Assembly (NCBI GenBank): GCA_963704705.1
Contig: OY969931.1
Coordinates: 1,290,001-1,322,000, forward strand
Source: an uncultured bacterium
Lineage (GTDB): Bacteria; Patescibacteriota; Gracilibacteria; UBA1369; PNNO01
Reading direction: 5' to 3'
Length of the DNA stretch: 32,000 bases
Part shown: piece after piece, positions 15,873-23,051 of the stretch
Numbering within the stretch: the first letter of the stretch is position 1
Layout of the letters: each line of letters begins with the position of its first letter
Position numbers and translations under genes: made by a program
The notes under the pieces: generated by a model
What the model was told of the DNA's origin: nothing
Database searches by the model: none
What the model saw: the letters and a program-made list of their open reading frames with translations, nothing else

Positions 15873-16580
15873 ATGCTTAAAAAGTGGTTAAACTATATTT
15901 TGTATCTATCTGCGTATATTTATGCAAAAAAATTTGAGCTTATAACTTTACCTGTTTTCAAATCTTTTTTAAAAGTAATCTGGATTATTTTTCTGGAGAT
16001 TTATCTTGCAATCATTTCATTACCTATTTTTTTATTTACACCTGCAAAAAAAATACAATTAAAATATAAAGGTAAACCAGCTCATGTTTATAGGTTCTCA
16101 TTTATATATTTAATGATTTTAATAGCAATAGTATTAATAATTGCAAGCACATACTCTTTTATTAAACTATTGCCTCTGGCGTTAATTCTTTTGATAATTA
16201 TTGAATTAGCTCTTTTCGCGTTATACGCAATTTGTGGCAAATTATGGACAAATGTAACAATAAAATATTTCGTTTATGTACATCAAGAAAAAGAAAAGCT
16301 ATTAAAAAGGGGTGTTTTTGCAAGTTTGTTTTATTCAATTTATATCATTTTGTTAGAAGCTATATTGTTTTTTATATCGTTACCGGTCTATATCTTTATT
16401 AAACCTCATAAATTTAAGGAACACGGAAGTATATCTATTGATGATTATGTTCTCAGGCGTAAAATAACCTTTATATATTTAGGTTTCTTTTTATTGATTT
16501 TTATTATTCAATTTATTTTGGCTGTTATTATATATTCGCATTTTATCTATCCTTCCACCACTTCATTTAATATAACTTAA
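15873..16580 (+). CDS. Polytopic membrane protein with an internal duplication
   Basis: 235 aa and very hydrophobic. Two related halves are visible (..FLEIYLAIISLPIFLFTPAKK...YRFSFIYLMILIAIVLII.. and ..LLEAILFFISLPVYIFIKPHKF...LRRKITFIYLGFFLLIFII..). It sits between the regulator and the kinase, and its stop overlaps the kinase start (TAATG). Confidence 0.6.
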   Translation: MLKKWLNYILYLSAYIYAKKFELITLPVFKSFLKVIWIIFLEIYLAIISLPIFLFTPAKKIQLKYKGKPAHVYRFSFIYLMILIAIVLIIASTYSFIKLLPLALILLIIIELALFALYAICGKLWTNVTIKYFVYVHQEKEKLLKRGVFASLFYSIYIILLEAILFFISLPVYIFIKPHKFKEHGSISIDDYVLRRKITFIYLGFFLLIFIIQFILAVIIYSHFIYPSTTSFNIT

Positions 16581-17989
16581 TGAAAAAACCTGCAGTTGAA
16601 TTATCAGTTTTATATGAGATTGCTTCTTTGCCCTATAATACGACAGAAGAAAAGATTAAAGAATTGGTGATGCAAAAAATAATTCGCCTTTTCCCAATTA
16701 AACAATGTGCCATAATTTTAAATTCAGATAAAAAATCTTTAACTTATGGCTTTAAAAAAGGAAGTAAGATTAAACAAATAATTGATAAAGAAAATAAACA
16801 TACTTTTAAATATCAATTAAAAAACAGTAAGACAATTGGTTTAGTATTTGCAGAGAAAACATCAGCTTTTACAGAAAAGGAGCGTAAATTTTTAATACTT
16901 CTTGCAGAGAGGTTAAACGAAATATTGCTTTTAATAAGGGCGGAAAAGTTAAACAACGAATCCAAACACATTAACAAAATATTTAAGACCATTCCTGATC
17001 CAATTGTAATAGTTGATAAAAACAATAAAATAATCGAAGGTAACGAATTATTGCTTAAACTAACCAATTTAAAAAAGCATACAATACTTTCCAAGTCGCT
17101 TCACGATCTTAAAATTTTCACAGACAATTCAAGAAAAAAATTAAATGAAAAATTTTATTTAGAAAACAATAAACAAACTGAAGTTGAAGTTATCCTGAAT
17201 CACAAACGAAAATATTATGAAATAAATACCAATACAGCTGAGATCAATGGTAAAAAGGTCTATTTGTTAATTTTTCATGATATAACAAAAAGAAAAGAGA
17301 TGGACCAGATTAAATCAGAATTCATCTCTATAACTTCACATCAGTTGCGAACCCCGGTTTCTGCTGTTAAATGGTTATGTGAACTCTTAATAAAAGGACG
17401 CATAGGGGAATTATCTCATGATCAATTAAATTTATTTGAAAATATTTATAATTCAAATGAGAGGATGATAAGACTAATCGATGATTTACTTGATGTATCA
17501 ATGATTCAAAATAATAAAATCAAAATGAATAAAACAAATTTTGATGTGAAAAAATTTGTTGCTGACTTAATTAAGGATTTTACAAAAATTTTTGATAAAA
17601 AAAAAGTTGAAATAAAGATAAATTCAACTGCAAAAAAAGTTTTTCTTTTTGCTGATCGAACCAAAATCAGGCAAATTTTTGATAATTTGATTGATAATGC
17701 AATTAAGTATTCAAAAGGGAAAGCAATAATTAAAATAAATTGGGTAGAAAAGGGCAAAAACATCAAATTTACAATTTCAGATAATGGAATTGGGATTCCA
17801 AAATATGATCAAAATAGAATTTTTGATGCATTTTACAAAACTGAAAATTCTTTGAATATTAATCAAACAAGAGTTGGTTTAGGACTATTTGCTGTCAAAA
17901 CAATAATTGATGCCTCTGATGGTAAAATTTGGCTTGATTCAAAAGTTGGCAAGGGAACAACTTTCCATTTTACTCTGCCAACCACTTAA
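16580..17989 (+). CDS. Cytoplasmic sensor histidine kinase (N-terminal GAF-like region, PAS-like region, HisKA, HATPase_c)
   Basis: H box SHQLRTPVSAVK, N box DNLIDNAIKYS, G1 DNGIGIP, G2 GLGLFAV. No obvious transmembrane segment. Confidence 0.85.
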   Translation: MKKPAVELSVLYEIASLPYNTTEEKIKELVMQKIIRLFPIKQCAIILNSDKKSLTYGFKKGSKIKQIIDKENKHTFKYQLKNSKTIGLVFAEKTSAFTEKERKFLILLAERLNEILLLIRAEKLNNESKHINKIFKTIPDPIVIVDKNNKIIEGNELLLKLTNLKKHTILSKSLHDLKIFTDNSRKKLNEKFYLENNKQTEVEVILNHKRKYYEINTNTAEINGKKVYLLIFHDITKRKEMDQIKSEFISITSHQLRTPVSAVKWLCELLIKGRIGELSHDQLNLFENIYNSNERMIRLIDDLLDVSMIQNNKIKMNKTNFDVKKFVADLIKDFTKIFDKKKVEIKINSTAKKVFLFADRTKIRQIFDNLIDNAIKYSKGKAIIKINWVEKGKNIKFTISDNGIGIPKYDQNRIFDAFYKTENSLNINQTRVGLGLFAVKTIIDASDGKIWLDSKVGKGTTFHFTLPTT

Positions 17990-18034
17990 ACATGCCGGTT
18001 CTAACTTAAGTCCACCACGCCCTGCCAGATTTCA

Positions 18035-18089
18035 TTGACATTCTATTCAAACTTCATTAATATTTAGACAATCATCTAAATATCTAAAT
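18035..18089 (+). promoter_or_regulatory. Near-consensus sigma70-type promoter overlapping a palindromic/tandem operator-like site
   Basis: TTGACA (18035-18040), a 17-nt spacer, then TAATAT (18058-18063). Inverted repeat ATTTAGA N6 TCTAAAT (18062-18081) and tandem ATCTAAAT x2 (18074-18089). This lies 14 nt upstream of the ArsR-family gene. Confidence 0.45.
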
Positions 18090-18102
18090 ATAAACACGCA
18101 AT

Positions 18103-18369
18103 ATGATGGACGCAGTATTCAAAGCACTTTCCGATCCAAATCGTCGAAAAATACTTACTCTACTTAAAAAAGAGGACATGCCGGTAGGCAAAATTCACAA
18201 AAAATTCAAAATTACAATGGCTTCCCTTTCACATCATTTAGATATTTTAAAACGAGCTAACCTGGTTGTTTCGGAACGCCATGGGCAGCAAATTGTATAT
18301 TCGTTAAACACTTCTGTTTTTGAGGAAGTTATGAAAACATTCATGCAATTTTTTAACCAATCCAAATAA
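18103..18369 (+). CDS. ArsR/SmtB-family transcriptional repressor (SdpR-like)
   Basis: 88 aa: LSDPNRRKILTLLKKEDMPVGKI...MASLSHHLDILKRANLVVSERHGQQIVYSLN (winged helix-turn-helix typical of ArsR). Its stop overlaps the next start (TAATG). Confidence 0.85.
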   Translation: MMDAVFKALSDPNRRKILTLLKKEDMPVGKIHKKFKITMASLSHHLDILKRANLVVSERHGQQIVYSLNTSVFEEVMKTFMQFFNQSK

Positions 18370-19025
18370 TGAAAAAAGTAGTTAAATTTTCATGGCCCAT
18401 ATTTATTACTCAAATTTGTATAGTCATTTCAATGCTTGTTGTTGCATTGATTTTATGGCCGCGTTTGCCTGAAATGATGCCTTCCCACTGGAACGTAAAT
18501 GGAGAAATCGACAGCTATATGAACAAAACAACTTGGGTATGGTTATTTCCCGGGATAACATTTCTTCTAGCTTTGATGTTTCCTTTTTTAAGCAGAATCG
18601 ATCCGAAAAAAGAAAAATATACTCTTTTTAGACGCCCATGGTTAATTCTTCAAATGGTTTTTGTTGTATTTTTTGCATACATGTACTTTATTTCGCTTTA
18701 TATTTCATTACATCCTGAGGTTTTAATCACGCCGTTTATTATTGGCGGACTTGGTGTAATGTTTACATTAATTGGTAATTATTTGGGTAAAGTACGCCAA
18801 AACTGGTTTATTGGCATTCGCACACCATGGACATTGGACAATGAAGAAGTCTGGAATAAAACGCAGCGTCTTGGAGGTTTGCTCTTTACAATAAGCGGTT
18901 TAATAATTTTTGCAGAAGCATTTATCGGATGGCTGCTTCCATGGGTGGTAGGTATATCAATTGCAATCGCAGCAATAGTTCCGATTGTTTATTCTTACTT
19001 TTTATATCGCACTCTGAAAAAATAA
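18369..19025 (+). CDS. SdpI/YhfL-family membrane protein (immunity/signal-transduction type)
   Basis: 218 aa. HWNVNGEIDSY (DUF1648-like N-terminus) and NWFIGIRTPWTLDNEEVWNKTQR (SdpI signature), with multiple transmembrane helices. Confidence 0.75.
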   Translation: MKKVVKFSWPIFITQICIVISMLVVALILWPRLPEMMPSHWNVNGEIDSYMNKTTWVWLFPGITFLLALMFPFLSRIDPKKEKYTLFRRPWLILQMVFVVFFAYMYFISLYISLHPEVLITPFIIGGLGVMFTLIGNYLGKVRQNWFIGIRTPWTLDNEEVWNKTQRLGGLLFTISGLIIFAEAFIGWLLPWVVGISIAIAAIVPIVYSYFLYRTLKK

Positions 19026-19233
19026 TCCTGCCATTCTTTTTGTAATATTTTAGCTTATTTATGCTTTTAATTAATGGTTGAATCATGTTTAAGGCCTTGG
19101 TTTTTCATACCTGGCTCTTAATCGTGTTCCTTGAAAACCCGGCTGGTAGAAAATGCCTTCTCAATTATGAGAGGGTTTCAAATTTTTGAAGGAATCAAAA
19201 GGAATCAAAACGGAAAGAAAAAGGAGACAGACA

Positions 19234-21030
19234 ATGATGAGCACAAAAAGCATGACTGCGATTGAAGCAGTGGTGGCTGGCAGGTACAGGATCGAAAAGC
19301 AACTCGGCGAAGGAGGTATGAGCAAAGTCTTTCTGGCTGAAGATCAAAACGTCTTCGGCAAGAAAGTGGCCATCAAGGTCATGTCGCTCGAAGACTCGGC
19401 TCTTTCGGATCGCTTCGTAGAAGAAGCCAGAGGCCAGGCTCACTTGGACCATGACAACATCTGCGGAGTTAGAGACACGGTCAAGGGTCCTAACGGCAAG
19501 CTGAAGTACATCGTGATGGACTTCATCCCCGGGGAAAGTTTCCAAGACTTCATCCAAAGGAATCGTGCCGAAATTCACAACCCCGCGACCCAAAAGATCA
19601 TGCTGCAAATCGTGATCGAATCCAGCAACGCGCTTCAGTATGCGCATATGGCAAAACTGCCCGGCCGTAAGGAAGTAGGCATCATTCACCGCGACATCAA
19701 ACCGGAAAACATCATGTTGAAGGACATCGGTGATGGCCGCCTTTCCCCTGTGCTGGTCGATTTCGGCCTCTGCAGAATTGGTATGGGAGTCGGCTACACT
19801 TCGGATTCGCGTATTTTCGGAACCCCGATCTACTCGAGCCCCGAGCAACTGCTGCATCCGACATCCGTCACCTATCTCACGGACATCTTCTCGATGGGGA
19901 TGATCCTGTTCTGGATCTTCGCCGGAGAGAGGTTCTATGACGCGGAGGAGGAGCTGAGTGCATTTGGTATTATTCCATATTATCAAAAGCACCGTGAAGA
20001 GAGACTTCAGCTGATTCGCGACTCAGCGGCACTGGCGATTGTTTCCAAAGCAATCGCTGAACATCCGATGGATCGCTATCAATCTGCTGCTGAACTGGCG
20101 AACGACTTGCAGGTATTTTTGGATAATAAGCCTGCACAGCCCAGCCATCAGGGAATTGTCACTCAATCTCCCACTCTTCACTACTCGAGCAGGCCCACCC
20201 TTAAACCCAGTGGTATCGCAAACACCCTGGTTTCTCAGCCGCTGCCAAAACCAGTGGTTGAAAAGCCCGAAAGCCCTAATGGCCCTGCTAAGCGCTCAAA
20301 AGTGAGCGTACTTGCAGGAGTCGTGGCAGTGGTGCTGGCGCTGGCGGGTCTGATCGGATGGACGGTTTACTTCTCTTCCAGAGGAAGCAACAAAAGCGCC
20401 AAAAGCAGCGATGCGAAAGCATTGATCGGTAAGGCTTCGGTGCCAAAGCCTGCTGCTCCTGTGAAAAAGCCCGTGGAGCAAAAAACAGTAATGCATAGCC
20501 CTCCCAAGGTCACTGTGCAGAAACCTTTGCAGGCAAAGAAACTGTTCGCCAAGTGGGAAGACGAATGTCAAAACACAGACTCCCGGCGAGACTACTTCAA
20601 GACTACGCCCAGTCTGCACTCCGTTTGCATCAGGCAAAAAAAGGCCATCCCCTACATCATAAAGAACAAGACCTTTGCAGTGGGAAGGCTCATCGTAAAG
20701 CTGCTCAGGGCAAAATTCTGCACCGGCTACAACTTAAAATACGATAAAAGTATGAAGAAAGAGTGCAGAAGAATTGCCCACTTACTAATTGACATTGAGG
20801 CGTGGCAAAAGCTACACACGTGTCAATTGGCCCTGACTGCGCTCATGAAAAAAGGAGACGCAAAAGAACAGGGTCTTCCCGGTAAGTGCAAACAGGTGCG
20901 ATGGTACCTCGATCCCAAGCCCACGGTCGTCAAGCAGTGTCAGCAAGCCTACAAAAGAAACGTAGTAAAAAAGCTCCCTGACAATTGCAAGGCCATCTTC
21001 AAGTCTTTTCCTGCCCTGATTCCCCGATAA
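19234..21030 (+). CDS. Hanks-type Ser/Thr protein kinase with one transmembrane helix and a Cys-rich extracytoplasmic C-terminal domain; compositionally foreign
   Basis: The ATG at 19234 is preceded by AGGAG (the track start 19186 is TTG). Motifs: GEGGMSKVF, VAIKVM, HRDIKPENIML, DFGLCR, GTPIYSSPEQ. The transmembrane helix is VSVLAGVVAVVLALAGLIGWTVYF, followed by about 220 aa with 10 Cys. Spot GC is 32/60 and 34/60, against 20/60 and 23/60 in the flanks. Confidence 0.85.
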   Translation: MMSTKSMTAIEAVVAGRYRIEKQLGEGGMSKVFLAEDQNVFGKKVAIKVMSLEDSALSDRFVEEARGQAHLDHDNICGVRDTVKGPNGKLKYIVMDFIPGESFQDFIQRNRAEIHNPATQKIMLQIVIESSNALQYAHMAKLPGRKEVGIIHRDIKPENIMLKDIGDGRLSPVLVDFGLCRIGMGVGYTSDSRIFGTPIYSSPEQLLHPTSVTYLTDIFSMGMILFWIFAGERFYDAEEELSAFGIIPYYQKHREERLQLIRDSAALAIVSKAIAEHPMDRYQSAAELANDLQVFLDNKPAQPSHQGIVTQSPTLHYSSRPTLKPSGIANTLVSQPLPKPVVEKPESPNGPAKRSKVSVLAGVVAVVLALAGLIGWTVYFSSRGSNKSAKSSDAKALIGKASVPKPAAPVKKPVEQKTVMHSPPKVTVQKPLQAKKLFAKWEDECQNTDSRRDYFKTTPSLHSVCIRQKKAIPYIIKNKTFAVGRLIVKLLRAKFCTGYNLKYDKSMKKECRRIAHLLIDIEAWQKLHTCQLALTALMKKGDAKEQGLPGKCKQVRWYLDPKPTVVKQCQQAYKRNVVKKLPDNCKAIFKSFPALIPR

Positions 21031-21051
21031 CACACCAAAAAATCCTTCCAA

Positions 21052-21073
21052 TTTGGCTATTCTACCAGCCAAA
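21052..21073 (+). terminator. Hairpin TTTGGCT-ATTCTACC-AGCCAAA after the kinase stop
   Basis: 7-bp perfect stem followed by TCCCCCTTTT. It also lies between two convergent genes. Confidence 0.35.
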
Positions 21074-21087
21074 TCCCCCTTTTCAAA

Positions 21088-22293
21088 TTAAGCCATACCA
21101 TAATCGTCACTGACAATTTTGCCGCGAAGTTTTTGAAAATTATCTGCCAGCATTTTAGCGTAATTGTATAAAGTGTCGCTGCCGTCGTTTTTGGCCATTT
21201 GAATTGCAGCTTCATTAGTAAAATTGATATATTTTTCAGGTTTGAATGTTTTTTGTGCAGCCAGATCGCCTTTCTGCACGGCATCAAATGCCTTTGTGTA
21301 ATATGAACTTTTTTTAAGTGACGCTAAAAATTTCTGTTCAGGAAAATTCTTAGGTTTTAGCTTTAAATAGGGCTTAAGCGCATTGTCAAGCTGTATCTTG
21401 TTAGCATATTGAAATGCGTTGAGTGTCATTTTTTCCCAATATTGCCTTAAAGGATTTGGTTTTGATGCAAGTTGTAAAATTTTATCAGGATCCGATTGCA
21501 TAATAATTTTCTCTGCTTCTTTATAATTGGCACTTTGTTTTATGGCGTTTTCAGCTCCCGCTTGTAGATTATTGGTCCTTAAATAAGGAACGGCTTCACC
21601 GCTAACTGAAGGAAAATTCTCAAGATCTGTTATCATATCCTGCCTTTTTACTTCAGCTTTCATGACTTTTTCCGAATAGTCAAACATTGGTTTAAACATG
21701 CTATAGTCACGATACATTGCATTAATTTCATCCGGAGAAGCTTTTTTTATTTTTTCCAGCAACTTGTTATAAAGCGGACTCATTTGCACTGCCATACTTG
21801 CTCTTACAAATGCCGGTTCCGGCATGTCTCTTTCCTTCGTTAAAATATAACCTCCGGAACTGCCATTAAGTTTCTCGAATAATTCAGTTCTTTTTCTCTC
21901 TACATCAACCAGTCTTTCAAGTTTTGAATTTGTTTTCCTCCATTCATCCAAAGTGGATTTTAAAGTGCTTTTAAATTTTTCCAACGAAGCCTTTAATTGC
22001 ATCAAATTCATCCCGGGTTTTATTTCAAGACCTTTTAACAAATACAAAGAGCCGAAGCCTTTATTTGAAAGTGAAGCCAATTTATCAAATACTTCTTTAT
22101 ATTTGGGATTTTTTAAGAGCTCGCGAAAATCAACCTTCTCATCTGATAATGTTTCTTCAAGTCGCTCCATTGATCCGTATTTTTTAACATAAGAATCAAA
22201 TTTTTCATAACTCTTTGAAACCTGACCTTTTTCAGCTTTTAATAAGTCAACTTGAGTTGGTTTTTCCTGTGGTTTTGGTTTTTCTTTATTCAT
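21088..22293 (-). CDS. Hypothetical Lys-rich helical protein
   Basis: 401-aa ORF with ATG start, 2 nt downstream of the preceding ORF's stop. No family recognised. Confidence 0.6.
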   Translation of the reverse strand: MNKEKPKPQEKPTQVDLLKAEKGQVSKSYEKFDSYVKKYGSMERLEETLSDEKVDFRELLKNPKYKEVFDKLASLSNKGFGSLYLLKGLEIKPGMNLMQLKASLEKFKSTLKSTLDEWRKTNSKLERLVDVERKRTELFEKLNGSSGGYILTKERDMPEPAFVRASMAVQMSPLYNKLLEKIKKASPDEINAMYRDYSMFKPMFDYSEKVMKAEVKRQDMITDLENFPSVSGEAVPYLRTNNLQAGAENAIKQSANYKEAEKIIMQSDPDKILQLASKPNPLRQYWEKMTLNAFQYANKIQLDNALKPYLKLKPKNFPEQKFLASLKKSSYYTKAFDAVQKGDLAAQKTFKPEKYINFTNEAAIQMAKNDGSDTLYNYAKMLADNFQKLRGKIVSDDYGMA

Positions 22294-22295
22294 AA

Positions 22296-22706
22296 TTAGT
22301 TTAATTGATCTAATATCGCTTCAAGTGCATTTACAGTTTTTTCAGTGCCCTTCTGTTCTTTTTCTTCTTTATCCTGAAGCATAATACGATTTAATTTGCT
22401 TATATTTTCCTCATATTCCGCACTTTCTTCATCAATAACTTTAGCCTGCTGAATCGCGGTTTCAGGCGTAAGAGGCTTAATGGAATCAATCGCTTTTTGC
22501 GCTTCCTGTTGCTCTGTTTCAAAAATCTTAATAAGATCTTTTTCAGCATTTGGGTCACTATGCGAAACACTGGCCAAAATTAAGATATCAAGCTTCTCGC
22601 TGTCATCCATTGTTAAAAAAGAATATGACTCCTCAATAAGCTTTTTTAATTTGTCGTTTTTTATCTGGTCAAAATAAAATCGTTGAATTGTATTTAAATT
22701 TTTCAT
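22296..22706 (-). CDS. Hypothetical acidic helical protein
   Basis: 136-aa ORF with ATG start. No family recognised. Confidence 0.55.
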   Translation of the reverse strand: MKNLNTIQRFYFDQIKNDKLKKLIEESYSFLTMDDSEKLDILILASVSHSDPNAEKDLIKIFETEQQEAQKAIDSIKPLTPETAIQQAKVIDEESAEYEENISKLNRIMLQDKEEKEQKGTEKTVNALEAILDQLN

Positions 22707-22781
22707 TTTTTATATTTATTTTTCTATCTATTATACCAAAAAAGCGTACTTTTATCAATAACGAAGCTTTTATAAAAAAAT

Positions 22782-22961
22782 TTAATTATCACCGCCTTCA
22801 TCCATTCGTCTTAGAGCATCCTGAACTGCTGCCTGGATTCCGTCTTTTATTCCATCAGCTTTCCATTCTCTTCTTCTTGGTCGTTGAAGTCTTTTTTGAG
22901 TATCCCTGGCTTCACGGGGTCTATTATCGGGATCATCTGAAAATAAATCTATAAAGCGCAT
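22782..22961 (-). CDS. Possible small basic protein (59 aa)
   Basis: Below the track cutoff: MRFIDLFSDDPDNRPREARDTQKRLQRPRRREWKADGIKDGIQAAVQDALRRMDEGGDN. It is co-directional with its neighbours and looks more protein-like than the low-complexity + strand ORF 22688..22954 that it overlaps. Confidence 0.3.
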   Translation of the reverse strand: MRFIDLFSDDPDNRPREARDTQKRLQRPRRREWKADGIKDGIQAAVQDALRRMDEGGDN

Positions 22962-23051
22962 ATTTTATTTTTAATTATACATTAATTACTTCATAAGCAA
23001 ATTATAGCATATATTGTATGTTGATGCAAGTTTAATGAAATTCGCATAAAA

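Noticed and set aside
16813-17766. Minus-strand ORFs inside the histidine kinase gene
   Set aside because: They are antisense to a frame carrying the H, N, G1 and G2 boxes.
19195-20637. Long minus-strand ORFs (265 aa, 113 aa, 61 aa) and + strand alternative-frame ORFs inside the kinase gene
   Set aside because: They are shadow ORFs typical of high-GC coding DNA. They have no motifs, and the kinase frame carries all the Hanks motifs.
19141-21070. The 11-bp inverted repeat GGCTGGTAGAA/TTCTACCAGCC as transposon terminal inverted repeats
   Set aside because: It is kept only as a weak note within the kinase finding. It is short, the right copy is explained by a local terminator-like hairpin, and there is no transposase or target-site duplication.
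22688-22954. 88-aa + strand ORF (MYLNFSFFIFIFLSII...)
   Set aside because: It has a low-complexity Phe/Ile-rich start in an intergenic AT tract and is antisense to a more protein-like 59-aa ORF that is co-directional with the operon.
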